Shown one piece after another: positions 50,480 to 64,000 of a DNA stretch of 64,000 nucleotides. Position numbers and translations under genes: made by a program. Within the stretch, counting starts at the first letter, position 1, and every line of letters starts with the position of its first letter. Source of the stretch: Mytilus trossulus (Eukaryota); contig NC_086386.1 in assembly GCF_036588685.1 (NCBI RefSeq), forward strand, positions 1,054,001 to 1,118,000, read 5' to 3'. Below the pieces are notes generated by a model. The model searched no databases, was not told the DNA's origin, and worked only from the letters and a program-made list of their open reading frames with translations.

Positions 50480-53430
50480 CCGAGAGGCATCTAACTAAAC
50501 CCAACATAGATAACGCTACTACTCTAAACTGCAAGAACATCAAAACCCGCACTACTGCAGTTAACTAATTATTGGAGAAGAATGACATAATTCTCATTCA
50601 AGAACATTGGTTGTTTCAATTTCAAATACATTTAATTAACGAAATAGGCACTAATCTGAATTTTGAAGGTAAAGCAGTTGATAAGTACAATCACATACAT
50701 CCAGTCCAAGTACCCAGGAGATATGGGGGAGTTGCAGTTATTTGGAAAAAAGAAATTGACCATCTCGTAAAAGCTACTGACGACGGAGGCGAGCGTACAA
50801 TGTGTAGAATTTTTAGACAACATATCAAAGCCATTACTAATTGTTTCAATATATATGCCGACACAAGGTTGCCATGATTTGGATGAATTTAAAGAGTGTA
50901 TTGATCAGCTTTTTGAAATTATGCAAAAATACACAAGAAGTCATGATATTTTGATTTGAGATGACTTAAATAAAGATTTAACTAAAAAACAACAAAAACT
51001 GAATATCTTCTTCAATTTATTAAAGACTTTAATTTACAAGTCTGTTTCAATGGATCCACATATATAAAACCTAAGGGACAAGAATGCAGTGAAATTGATT
51101 AATGTATGTACAGTTATGGAACAGATAAGAACTTTCCTGAAAAGACCGTCATTAAAACCCTACACTCAAATGTATCTGACCATTACCCAATAGTTGTTTC
51201 ATGTAAAACAAATCTACAAAAAAGACGAAATCAAAACGCCAGTCCAACTAGACCAAAAATCAAATGGGACAAGATAGATAAAGAGAATATAAGAACTTAG
51301 TTGATTAGAAGCTTGAAAACTTGAATATGCAGACAAAAAGTTCACCGAATAACAACAAGGAAATAGAAACATCACTTACCACAATTAGTAACATCCTAGA
51401 TAATTGTGCACGCAAATGTCAACCAACGAAGCAGAAAATAAGAAAAATGAGAAATTTACAAATTTGGAACCAAGAGATATCCACAGCATATAAAGAAATG
51501 AAAATCACAAACTTACAATGGTATGAACATGATGAAGCGGGAAAACCATCAACCAATCTTAATACTTTAACTAAAAAAAAGGAGAATAAGCAAAATTTTC
51601 GCAGGGTATATAGAACAGAATTAGCGATGAAAAATTCACAACTTAAGGAAAAAATAATGAGAACTTAAGACACCAAAATATGCTTATAAACAAACAGAGA
51701 AAATCATTACGTGGTTATATTCAAGATCTGCATGTAGATGGTGAAATTTTAACTGGAAAAGACCAGGCTGAATAAAAAGTTAGTCAGTCGTTTGCTTGTA
51801 AATTTTGAGAAAAAAAATTGTAATAGCACCAGTCTGACTAGAGCCAGTCCTGACTATCAACTTGCGTTTACGGACGCAAGTGGATATATGGGGCTGTCTT
51901 TAATCATACTTTAACTGGACCTGAATTGTTTTCAATTTTATTTTTACCGAATTTTTCTCGTGTATTTCTCAATCTACGTTAACTTTCTCAGGTCTCGTTC
52001 CGAATTTGCTGTCTGTCCCGTGTAGATTTGGTCTATAGGATTATAAAGCTAGCACTTTATTTTATAAATGATTCAGAAACTATATCGGATTCACTCTCTA
52101 CAGCCCAATGAATTTCAGAGACTGTTTATTCTTGGAACACTGTTTATTTAGAGAAAGTTTTTCGGCAAAATCACAAAGTTAAACCACTTTTTTACATTCC
52201 ATACTAACAAACTATTTTCTGTATCGGTTTCAAAGTCTGATTGTACAATGTATTGTTCTTTTTCGCCTAGTTCTATTCGAATTCTCATCCAGATGATAAT
52301 CTTGTTTCCATTTTGCCCGAGCTGTGTTTTGACGACTATTTTTACACGAATTAATAGTTGTACAATTCCGGTTTTTTTACGCATCATCCTACGTTTCTAT
52401 AGGATAGATATCTACGTTCAAAAGAAAATTTCATGGGGATACGGCGTGCATCATGAATAAATATTTATTGCAACAATAAACCAAGAATAAAATAAAGTGA
52501 CAAAACTCAATCTTTTATGCATAAGAACATGTATAGATAAATCGTGCAGATGTTAAAAATATTCAAGAAACAGAATATTTAAAAGTAAAGTAATACATTT
52601 TTAAAGATTAACAATGGGCAGAAGAATTGCCGGAAAACGGTAAAGTAATCTATGTCTATAAGTTAACAGTTACATGTTGCATCAAAACTCTCGGTACTCT
52701 GCATCTAGAAAAAGTTTCCGTTAAAATTGTCACATAGTTACCAAAAGATTTTTTTTAAATTTAAAATCACTTTATGATTTCAGAATCTGCTGCATTGGTG
52801 TATACATGTGTGAACGTCAGGAACGATATCTCGTGGCGTAACGTCATTCGGTATCGTGTTACCTTAACTGTCGAAAATTTTATATATGCAGGGGATAACC
52901 TCATAGATTCTTTAAATCAAATTCTAGATGACATTTTCAAAAAAGGATTAATTCCAGATCTGCTTAAAACAGGACTTCTCTCTCCTGTATTTAAAAACAA
53001 GGGATCAATTTTAGAAATAAAGAATTATCGTGGCATAACATTTCTCCCAGTTTTCTGTAAAATCATCGAATCTATCCTGAAATCAAAAATTCGGCCAATA
53101 AGTTTACCCATTCAATGTACTTTACAAAGAGGTTTCACACAGAAATCATCTCCATTAAATGCGTCATTCATCTAAGAAGAGGTAAATAGAGAATCAATAG
53201 ATTTGGGAAAACTCATGATAATAGTATAATTAGACGCTAAGTCAGCCTTTGACGTTGTGGTTCATCAAAATTTAATGCGTAATTTATATCATCTTGGAAT
53301 ACAAGACAGACATTGGAATCTCATCAACAATCTCCATAAACATGCTTCATCTGTAATAAAACTTAATGGAAAAATGTCAAATGAATTTATCATTTCACAT
53401 GGAGTGCGTCATGGTGGTATTCTCTGCGCA
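50480..53430 (+). mobile_element. Degenerate LINE ORF2 (AP endonuclease + reverse transcriptase), interrupted at ~51765-52875 and truncated before YADD
   Basis: APE motifs TLNC.N, DIILIQEHWL, YGGVA, SDHYPI; RT motifs P.FK.KG, NYRGIT, QRGF, LDAKSAFD, GVR.GGIL; many stops and frameshifts. Confidence 0.9.
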
Positions 53431-53701
53431 AATATGAGTTTTAAAATAACGATTAAATAAATATAATTCGAATGAAATTATTTTCTTCTGAATTGTCTGC
53501 CCATAGGTGGCGTTTTTAGGTTATGTGTTTTATCTGATTTGGCGGTTAAATCATTCGACACGACAGGGTCCACTCGATCGGTCACGTTTATTTTTTAATA
53601 CTACGGTTTTCATAGATTTTGTATCATGCATTAAGAGGTTATTTTGCTTTACATGTGAGGGTTCACTGAATGAGCTATAATGAGTAAAATATAACATTCA
53701 T

Positions 53702-54362
53702 AACTAGAGACTCTAAAGAGCCTGTGTCGCTCACCTTGGTATATGTGAATTAAACAAAGGAAGCAGACAGTTCATGACAAAATTGTGTTAAGGTGATTTT
53801 GATGTGTTTGTACATCTTACTTTACTGAACATTCTTGCTGCTTAGGGGGTCAATTTTGGTCATTTTGACTTATTTTTGAGTCTTAAATTGCTGTACATTA
53901 TTGCTGTTTACAGTTTATCTCTATCTATAATAATATTCAAGATAATAACCAAAAACAGCAAAATGTCCTTAAAATTACCAATTGAGAAGTCTGCAACCTA
54001 ACAACGAGTTGTCCGATTCATCTAAAAATTTCAGGGCAGATAGATGTTGACCAGATAAACAATTTTACCCCTTGTCAGATTTGCTCTAAATGCTCTGGTT
54101 TTCGCGTTATAAGCCAAAAACTGCATTTTACCCCTATGTTCTATTTTTAGCCATGGCGGCCATCTTGGTTGGTTGGCCGGGTCAAAAAACACATTTTTTA
54201 AACTAGATACATCAATGATGATTGTGGTCAAGTTTGGTTTAATTTGGACAAGTAGTTTCAGAGAAGAAGATTTTTGTAAAAGTTAACGACGCCGGACGAC
54301 GGCCGCCGGATGCCAAGTGATGAGAAAAGCTCACTTGGCCTTTTAGGACAGGTGAGCTAAAA
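53702..54362 (+). mobile_element. Helentron-associated non-autonomous element (HINE / pearl-like)
   Basis: Subterminal IR gctcacct / aggtgagc, GACG-type microsatellite, terminal palindrome, A-rich flanks. Confidence 0.68.
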
Positions 54363-54720
54363 AGGGAAGGGGATTTAAGTTACGACGTAGCAAACATATC
54401 CAATATCATCTGTGAAACAGTTGTTCTGTAATGGTCAACCAACTCATGATAGAAAATACAAGCGCGGGAATATCGTATCATTTGGGAGATATACTCCATA
54501 TGCAGGTGCTGCTGGCATGCTGCTTTAAGGAAATGGAAAGTTCAGAATGGGGAAGCTGAAATCATCTCGTTTGTACTAAAGTTTTGTTTTTAACCGACCA
54601 ATATTGTCAATTTCTAGATATAAGTCAAGATATGAGGCAGACTTAACTGTATCTGTCGTATCCTTTATCTCTAGTTCGATGGCACAAATTTTGAATTATT
54701 TAGTGAGAGAACATCACAAA
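54363..54720 (-). mobile_element. Penelope-like RT fragment
   Basis: SASYLDLYLEID, DFSFPILNFPF, PAAPAYGVY on the minus strand. Confidence 0.72.
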
Positions 54721-54987
54721 CTGTACTAATTTATAAACTAATACATGGAAAATTAACAAGTATCAAAGTCAATAGAACATGACTAAGTGAAGGCGAGACA
54801 TAATAAACTATACATTATGGAATAAACAGTTAATGCTACTTGGAATGTATCAAGGCTCTACGACTTGAAGTTGCTGGGGGGAAATGCAACAGAACTTTGT
54901 AACAGACAGACAGACGATTGCATTGGGTTCCGACTAGTTTTAATGCGACAGTCATATACAAGTTAGATGTTTAGTTGGCTATAAAAC

Positions 54988-55248
54988 TAGGCTTAATCCA
55001 CCACTGTTATTTTACTTTGTTTTCCCCTTTGGAGTTTAGGTATTTAAAACATTTAATTCAACACAAAGACGCTGCCCCAGTTCCCAGAGAGCAACATATG
55101 TGTCTCCTTCCCAAAGACTAGGTTTAATCCACCACTCTATGTTTTACTTTTTTCTCCCTCTTTGGAGTTTAGGTATTAACATTTAATTCAACACAAAGAC
55201 GCTGCCTCAGTTCCCAGAGAGCAACATATGTGTCTCCTTCCCAAAGAC
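54988..55248 (+). repeat. ~130-bp tandem duplication
   Basis: ctagg..taatccaccact...tctccttcccaaagac occurs twice. Confidence 0.85.
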
Positions 55249-58200
55249 AAAATTTATATAACAAACAAATAGTATCATTTTAATTTATTTATTTCATCCT
55301 TAATATAACAATGGCACATAAATATTTAATTATGGACGGTTTAAATGTATACTCATTTGTATAGGGACAATGTTGCAGCATATAGATAAATCTAGAAAAG
55401 ACATATTTTTCAAGGTTATAGTCTCTTGACTGTACATAGAAACTTAAAGTTGTACTAATAGTCAAAACTATCAGATTTACTGTCATACAAATAGAGATTA
55501 CCATAATATACATAGAGAATCAGATCAACAAACATAAATGATAATACATGGAAAATGCTAAAAAAATATTAGAGTTGTCAAAGTGTAAGAAAGAGTAAAC
55601 AGATGTTTCAAGGTTTAAAGTGATATGTGTAACTGAGTAAAAAACATAAAATTATAGGAAAAAGTACTTGTAGAAATGTATTACTAAAATCTCATATGAA
55701 ACAGAATCAGAACCTGAGTTAAATTCATTCAAGAATAATATTTTTTTCAGATTAATCTCCTTTTAAATAAGTTGTAAAATGCTATATCACTAAGTTCTAA
55801 GTCTTAAGATAATATTAAAGCAATGGATCCTTTTAACTGAGGTAGAATCACATACATATAAATTATAATACTGAAAGTTCCCAAAACTGAGTATACTGTG
55901 TGTAAATATAATGCTTGTTACCAATGTTAAGTTAGAGTCTTTTAGAAGCATATGTCCATATATGAATCATGAATCTTTGAAACATAAGATTAACCGTAAA
56001 TTAACATGTAAATGAAGATGTGGGTTATTGTTTTAATTAGACAGTATCCCAAGGATGACATCTTGAGAGCAACATACCGTCTGCAACAAGGCAGGTGGCT
56101 TAACAATATGTCAAGCTCAACAGTCCATAACTTAAAAGAAACAATAAATGACTTGCATTACATATTAATATATTTCCAGGAATGACCTTGAAATCAATTA
56201 GATCTTGTATGCAGTGAACTGTTTCAAAACATATTGTATCACTTTTCCTCATCATCAGATGACCTTAAATAAGTTTAAAGTTGGTCAGCTATAGTGAAAA
56301 TATTATTTGATTTGGGACTATTAATATGTCAAACATGATTCATATATGGAGTGAATCTTCAAAATGATGCTGCTTAAAGTTTGTCCCTAAGTTTGGTTTA
56401 AAAAATTACAAACATTTAAATTATGATCTAGTCTATTAGAATGTGGAAACTTATAAAACAATAAAATTCATGGCCATTTTACAAATAAATAAAAGCAACA
56501 ACTTGATATGATAAAACAAAATATAAAATGTATAAATTCTATATCACATATGTCTATTAGGTACTATTATCAAAACACTTCTATATGTTGTATAGATATC
56601 ACAAGATACAATTTAAAGCAGCAATAATGAAATAAAATGAACACAATTCATATATCTGTATCAATTATCTGCATACATGATGGTCCAACATAATAACTGG
56701 GTAAGGTCAAAACAGTCACAATAATAGTCATGTCACAGAAAATCATTTCACCATATGGAGCTGGGTTAAGTCAAAACAGTGATGATCTGTCATAATAACT
56801 GTCTAAGGTCAAAATAGTCATAATGATGGTCAAATCATCACCCAATGTGGGGATAATTTCAACTTTTATAATGTACCTGTTTATCAAAATGGCCACAATT
56901 TGGTTCTTAAATAGATCAATTTCAATAGCCACAAATTGATGATATATTAAAACAATTTCTTTAAAACGAACATCATTGGATTTAAAAACAAGCACAGCTT
57001 GGAGATGCTGTCGTTCAACGTTGATAAAATGGACCTAAAGGCTTCAAAACCCTGGCCATATCCTAGGATCAACATATTCCAAATTTTCCATTGTTAGAAT
57101 AATGAAACTCCACTACTACATTATGAAATCAATTTTTTATCAAGAGGAGAGATGATTTTGGCTTTGAGCACTTCATAACATTATCACTAATTCTACAGAT
57201 AGCTCAACATAAATAGCACTTTCATTATTTAAATAACTCTCTTTTAATAATCTTAAATAAAATGTCTCCACTTCTTCTAATCTTTGTTTAGGAGATTTTG
57301 CGACTAAAAAAAAGATAAAATAAGATATTTTATAAGTATAAGATCACTTGAAGTTTCATTCTTTGGAGATACATGTACTTTTATTTAAATCATGAAGTGG
57401 TTATGCTCTTAAGATAACAAAAAGAAAAGAATACGGTGTATAAGTTTATGACACTAAATCACATCTCACATATCCAGAAATCTACGCCCCTTTGCTTTTT
57501 TGAATATTATACTAAAGAAATCGGATACGGGTCACGGAAATTACATTAAAGTGATAGGGAATTTTTAAAAAATGTCTGTTATTATTTTAATTTAAGTGAT
57601 AGACAGGTTGCCGGGGCAGAAAATGAATATACACAACAATATTCACCATTTAAACGAAACATAATGACTGCTGTTGCAAAAATACAGGTTCCTGAGCTAT
57701 TCTAATAATCGAAGCGAGGGGCCTTTAACATTGCAGTGTAAAATACAGTCTAAAATGGCTGAAACGTTAAATTTGCAAAATTCGTGTTGAAAATTGGCTT
57801 ACAAGGTCTTTACAAAAACAGGTTGCCGGTGTGAAATTTGAAACTTGAATTTCCAAAGAATAAGCAAGTCCAAACTTGTATGTATAGTCGTTGAACTTTA
57901 GGTTCCCACGTAAAATTAAAATGTCACTATTTCAAGAGAAATAAACTCACGAAAGCATTGAAAATTCACTAAATTCGCGTTCATTGTTTTGATTTTGACC
58001 GCCTGACAACTTTACGGAAATATCAGTGATTGTAAATAAGGACTCTGTGACGGGCAACTTATGATATCCGTGTTTCAAAGATTTTAATGATATCAAGCCT
58101 ATCAAGCCAGTCAAGTTCAAACTTCTATCACGTGGTACAATTCTCATTTACATATTATGAATATTAACTAGCAAAACCACTACTCATTTCTGGCTATGAT

Positions 58201-59256
58201 GGGCAAGAGAACAACATTATAATTGTTTTTCTCCATCTCACAGTCACAATCAGGTTTTGATCAGAGAGCAAAAACAACCACTTCACTGTAATGTAACGAC
58301 AGCCTCTACATTGATACATTAGTTCAAGTGGTAGTCATGACATCAGGTATGCAGACAATTGTAGACATCATATTTCAAATTTCAATCAAATGTTTGATAC
58401 AAATCAAAATTGAATGTAGTAAAATAAATACTAGTATATAAAAGTATTGATATGTATATAAAAGTGTATACCAGATGTGTTCTGTTTTGTTACATATTTA
58501 TGTAGGGATCCCAATTCCCTACATTCTTTTGTAATCTGTATCAAGCCACTTGATTTGACAATATTATTACAATATACTTTGGTAATATATAATTAATTAT
58601 AGAAATGATATTCTCCCTCCAAACATCAGTCTAGGATCACTTCAATACTATCATACAGTAAAGGCTGTTACAAGTCCAAAAACTGAAGGTCATAAAAAGA
58701 GGCAAATATTTCTCATTTTTTGTTAAAACTTTGATTCTTTCTTTTATAATCTCAATATAAGTTGTTTGTAATAAAGTATCATAATACTTAAGATTGTTTG
58801 AATCATATTCCTAATGGAAAATAACTTGACCATCTCTCATTGGAAGACAGCTTGACCATCTCTTAATGGAAGATAGATCTTGACCATCCCCAACCCGAAG
58901 ATAGCTTGACCATCTCCAAATGGAAACCAGCTTGATCATATCCAAATGAAAGATAGCTTGAAAATTTTCCATAAGAATTTTGTGAGGTTTTATATTGAAA
59001 ATTTGAATCAGGTTGTTTTATTTCTCTTAAAATTTTGTAAATTGGGTCAGGCTTTAACAAGAACAATTTTATTGGATCTTACTAATATTTCTTTCAGTGA
59101 ACCAATGAAAAGGTGACGTTATTCCCTTCAGTGACCCAATGAAAAGGTGACTTTATTCCCTTCAGTGAACCAATGAAAAGGTGACTTGAAACAGCCTTTC
59201 TTCCATCATTTGTCCTTGCTGAACATTCACTCTCCTACAAAACATATGATGAACAT

Positions 59257-62200
59257 TTATGTGTTGTCCCTGCCCCTATAATCGATGTGTGGTTTGCCCT
59301 TTCCACTTTTTAAAGGTCTTAATTCCCCTGGTTCTCGTGGTGAGTAATAGTCCTGATTATCGTCTAACACAGACCCAGGCCTAGATAACCAACCAGGTCT
59401 AAGGTCCACCCCTGTAAGGCGTGTGTCTGATTCAGATTTATTGTGATGCCAAACTTGGTCCATCCCTGTCAATGTTGATTGATGGGTATTTAGATGTAGT
59501 AGATGAACTCCAGATGATTTTTGTAATGGTTGTAATCGAGGATTCTGTAAGTATAAGAATAATTCATTATAAATATTATCATTGGTGGTTGACTTTTAGT
59601 AAATTTATACCAATATTAAAACAGTAATTATCAATTCGCCTTTCAGAATTTAATGCATCCTGGGTAATATTTTCAAAAGCGTACACCAAAGCGTTTTGAT
59701 TGGTTTAAAACGTTATAAACAATGGAAATTCAACCAATGACGTAACGTTATTTTAACTTTGGGGTACGAACAATGAAATTACCCATGATGCTTTAGATTC
59801 TGAAACGGCCAATTAAGACACTACATCAAGAAAAATGGTCAGTCACTTCTTGATGTGCACACCAACATTTTAGCTCCTCTAAACCTGTTATGGATACTCA
59901 AACACACATTAGATTTGAAAAGCCCCCTCATGTTCCAACTCATCACTTTCAAAACTGCTGACTAATATGAAATCAATCTGATCAAAAGTACTGAAGAAAT
60001 TTGTGACAAAATGTGTTTAGTTCCTTCAACATATTGAAAAATTAAAAACAATTCAATATGAATTCATACTGTCCTTTAGGACTGTAAAATCTCAGAAAGT
60101 TTTCAAGTAAATATTTGTTTGATGGCTTGACATAAAGTGTATGCAATATAGCCCCCACTTCTAGTACTGAAATATCTTTCAATCTGAACAAGACTTTTAT
60201 CAATTTTTGTTAGCATCTAATGTAAAATGTTTGATATAAACATTTTTACAAATCAAGAATGCCAGTAAAATTATGAAGAATACTAGAATTCTAATTTTAA
60301 AATAATATCTTTTTAAAATTAAATAGATAATCAGAATTTGTTTGTGTCCTCATATATAAGGTTTATCACTATGAGCCTTAATCCTCACCTTATCTATTGG
60401 TGTCTTTGTTCGTTTCCGTAGTGATATTTGTTTGCCGTATTTACTTTCATACATATCCTTAGACATGTAATCTCTATTTTGTAGAGGTTCTCTGGCAGAT
60501 ATCTGAGCCTCACATGAATCCTCATCCATCTGCTCAAAATCTATCCGACTTGTTGTCCGTGACGGATTAAAGCGACTGGTTGGAGTTACTCTTCCCATGT
60601 TATCATTGGCTAGTATCTGTAAAATCAAAACACATATACAGTCTACAGAAAGCTAGAGAATTGTTTTATGTTCTCGTAACCTATCTCCTTCTCCTTTAAC
60701 TAGTAAAGCCAAGGGGGGGAAATCTTCCCAAACATTAAGAAACAGTGACTTTCCTTAATAACAAACTCATTTGAACACTATCAGTTCTAATGCACAAAAC
60801 CAAATTCAATGCACATGTTCATTTCAAAGTATAAAATTCAGATTTATATAAACTTCAGAATCATTTATCTCCATTTTTACTCCAGACACTATATGTTTCT
60901 TAAATAATATTTTCTGAAGCGTTACTGAAGAGAAAGCAGTTGTCAAATGCTCATCTGATATGGTAAAGTGACATCTTAAAGATTATAGACCATCAAATGA
61001 AAATATGGGACACAAAGTTCTCCCAATAATTACTTCTGGTATGTTTAGGTCAAGAAAGCTAAAGAGGCCTGTCACAGACAACAAGATAACTTTACAATTA
61101 CAAGAATTGCTGATACATCCTAAGATTTAAATTGTGATGAATTTCACAAAAATACTTAAAATCATAAAGATTCCAGTAAAATTTATAATCAATTTTTATC
61201 TAGGATTTTTTGTAAAAAGATCCCCCGTGTTTATCTTGTTATTTTTTATACTTCCTTTTCTAAGTCTTGAGCATTCAGTTTTTATTTGTGTTAGTCGGTT
61301 AAAGAGCTCACCAGAGCTCATGTTTTTCTTGTTATTATGTATATCTATGCCGACTCTAAATAAAATTTACTTACTTACTTACTTACTTGTGTTTTTAGTC
61401 GTTGCATTATTTTATTCAGAAGTGTTTGTTGTAGAAAGAGGGAAAATAAATACCTGTAAAAATTTCTTTTTCTTTTTTTTCTTTGCGAGTTGATGCATGA
61501 CAGAACCTGACTGTAGTTCTGTGTTCTCAATAGGTCGCCTAAAAATAAACATTGGTAAATAGTTGACAATGTAAAATTTGCCTTTCTGTCATGATATTAA
61601 ATTAGCTATGCTATTTACCTGTGTGATTAATTGTTTTTTGCGAGCCTGTAACTTTTGTCACATACATGAGACATAGCCTCATTGTCATCAGCATCAGCCT
61701 CGGCATCCACAAATATTCACTCTGTCGTTAAAGTCTTTTTTAAATTCTAATAACTTTCTTAAACTATCCTGGATTTCTACCAAACTTGGATAGAAGCTTG
61801 TTTATGATCATAAGATAGTATCCAGAAGTAAATTTATTGAAAAAAAAATATAAAAAAATCTGTATATTACTTTTAAATGGACTTTTTTCTGCCAGTAAAC
61901 AGTTTTTTAAATTTTGATTACTTTCTTAAACAATCCTGGATTTGAACTAATCTTGGACAGATGCTTGTTTTTGATCAAAAACTAGAATCTGGAAGGAAAT
62001 TTTGTAAAAATATATATTTCCTATTTTTCCATATATTACTTATAAAATGACTTAGTTTTTCTTCCAGTTAACATTACACACAGTCTGCAGTTAAAGTTTT
62101 TAAAACATTATTTAGATTCATAAACTATCCTGGATTTTTACCAATATTACACAGAAGCTACTTACAATCACAAGATAGTATCCAGAGGAAAATGTTTGAT

Positions 62201-62651
62201 AACTTTTTCCCCATTTTTGTTGACCCTGCAACTAACAGGAATTTAAGTATAGACATAGGGTTCTGTGGAACCCTCAATATTTTTTATATAGATTATAGAC
62301 GATTGGTTTTCCTGTTTCAATGGTTTAACTTTAGTCATTTTTTGGGGCCCTTTATAGATTGCTGTTCATCCTGAGCCAAGGCCCATGTTGAAGGTCGTAC
62401 ATTGACCTATAATGGTTTACTTTTTACAAATTGTGACTTGGATGGATAGTTGTCTCATTGACACTCATACCACCCCATCTCCTTATATCTATATGTAAGT
62501 TGTGTTAATATCTACCATGAAGTCTCTTGCCCATACGGTCTATTATTATAGGTAGTCTGTGATGTCACTGGTTCAGGGTTCAGGTTCATGTACTTGGTAT
62601 GTGCTCTAGCTTGAACTGCCTGATTGGTTGGTTCTCGGTGGAAACCAATAT
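59257..62651 (-). CDS. 3' part of a second spliced gene (exons 62651-62516, 61538-61454, 60616-60389, 59544-59257), encoding a low-complexity C-terminal tail with a poly-Lys NLS-like tract; 5' exons presumably beyond the window
   Basis: Four exons join in frame with GT-AG sites: DIGFHREP...ETSW|RPIEN...LAKKKKKKKFLQ|ILANDN...TPIDK|NPRLQPLQKS...RGRDNT*. Confidence 0.8.
59634..59814. mobile_element. ~180-bp foldback MITE in an intron of gene 2
   Basis: Imperfect ~60-bp TIRs aattcgcctttcagaatttaatgcatc... / ...gatgctttagattctgaaacggccaatt. Confidence 0.65.
61633..62285 (-). mobile_element. HINE-like element with internal tandem units
   Basis: T-rich flanks, gggttctgtggaaccc palindrome, repeated ctatcctggattt...aagatagtatccaga units. 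Confidence 0.5.
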
Positions 62652-63789
62652 CTAGAACAAACAATAAACTCTTATGAAGCCTTATAAAAACTAGGAGAAA
62701 CATACGGAACATATCTGTGTATTACATACTAGCAATATATATATATATCAAAATTACAAGTTGTATATGACTATCATAATATGAAATTCAACAGCAACAA
62801 AATATTATCAATTGGTAAACCCTGTGTTACACTTATGTATCATCTAATCTAGTATAAATCATGCAGTAAAGCTTGATGGGGCCTCCCTTATTATGTAATG
62901 GGTGAAAAGCTGATGCAATAGGTTACTTTTTTTTCAAATTTCATAATTTATATGAAAAGGGCCATGAAATTTGAAATAAATTCTAAATCTGTGAAAAGGG
63001 TGGCATGTCTGATGTCAAATCTTCTCACCCCTCCCACAAAAAAGATCAAAGTTTGCCCCTTTTTACCCCTATATTTAAGCCAAAATTAAATAGGGATAAT
63101 ATAAACTCCTGCAAAGATTTCAGTAATCTGATTTCTTGCTTAAGAATAACATTTGTCCTATAAAGTACATGCATATATAATATATCTGGATATTCTTTCT
63201 ACAGTTGTACAACTAATTACTTTAATGAATATTTACTAATTAACATATAGCATGGGAAATACAGTTTGTCTGTCAATGTTCTAAACTGATAAGTATGGAT
63301 GCTATACAAAAACATAACATAAATAGTGTAAAATAGTATTGATCTCTCATTGATATATTGTACAGCATTAGATCCTCATATTCTGTTTACAGTATTATAA
63401 ATCAATATGGTTTTAAATGTTAGTTCTTGTATTTCCAGAAACATCATAGTTATAAAAGGTTATCTATCATAGAAAAACAATATTTATGTAATTCCTTTAA
63501 TGCAGGGAGTAATAAATGGTCACTCCTAATTCTACAAAGCTTCTATCAATATGTGGTGCAGGATAACAGAGTCTGGCCATGTCAAAGTATTTCTTATCTA
63601 CTAAAGCAAAGCATCAACATCAAGGTTGGAGAGTGCATCATACAGTAAATATATAATTAGACTACTACATTTTATTGTAATCACTTAAAATTTCTCTTCT
63701 AGTACTGACTGTAGGTAAATAGCTTAAAGATCTAACTGGAAATAAAGAAAACAAAAATCTACAAATTAATTGTTGTTGTTTGAACGCTT

Positions 63790-64000
63790 ACATTAAAGTA
63801 ACCTTTCAAATCAGAAAATTGAACTCTGACATACAAAGTAACCTTTAACATCAGAGGATTGACCTTTTACATTACACTTAGCCTTGAACATCAGAAAATT
63901 GAACTCTGACATACAAAGTAACCTTTAACATTAGAGGATTGACCTTTTACATTACACTTAGCCTTGAACATCAGAAAATTGAACTCTGACATACAAAGTA
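63790..64000 (+). repeat. 80-bp tandem repeat made of two related 40-bp subunits; runs off the window
   Basis: tcagaaaattgaactctgac at 63811, 63891 and 63971. Confidence 0.9.

Noticed and set aside
50314-53460. Active autonomous retroelement able to mobilise the retrozymes or SINEs
   Set aside because: Multiple stops and frameshifts, an insertion, and no YADD region; the Penelope fragments are also dead.

Overview
AT-rich eukaryotic genomic DNA, not prokaryotic. The repeat families suggest a bivalve, most likely Mytilus (inference). Main content: (1) A spliced cytosolic phospholipase A2 (cPLA2/PLA2G4-like) gene on the minus strand. I assembled 18 coding exons (44110 to 11211, ~641 aa) in one frame with GT-AG boundaries. 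The catalytic motifs GSGGGLR, GLSGS and VDAG are intact, but the C2 domain is divergent. (2) The last four coding exons of a second minus-strand gene (62651 to 59257), with a weak resemblance to the CDKL5 C-terminal tail. (3) A segmental duplication bracketing the cPLA2 gene. (4) Retrozyme/Penelope-type repeats carrying type I hammerhead ribozymes, including a 349-nt tandem dimer. (5) Several families of long-hairpin elements whose tips carry tandem G.A mismatches and GNA/GNNA mini-loops. (6) A head-to-head inverted ~170-bp satellite, several minisatellites, degenerate LINE/Penelope fragments, tRNA-derived SINEs, Helentron-type HINEs and a TA-flanked MITE. Most ORFs in the supplied track are spurious or are single exons with intron read-through.
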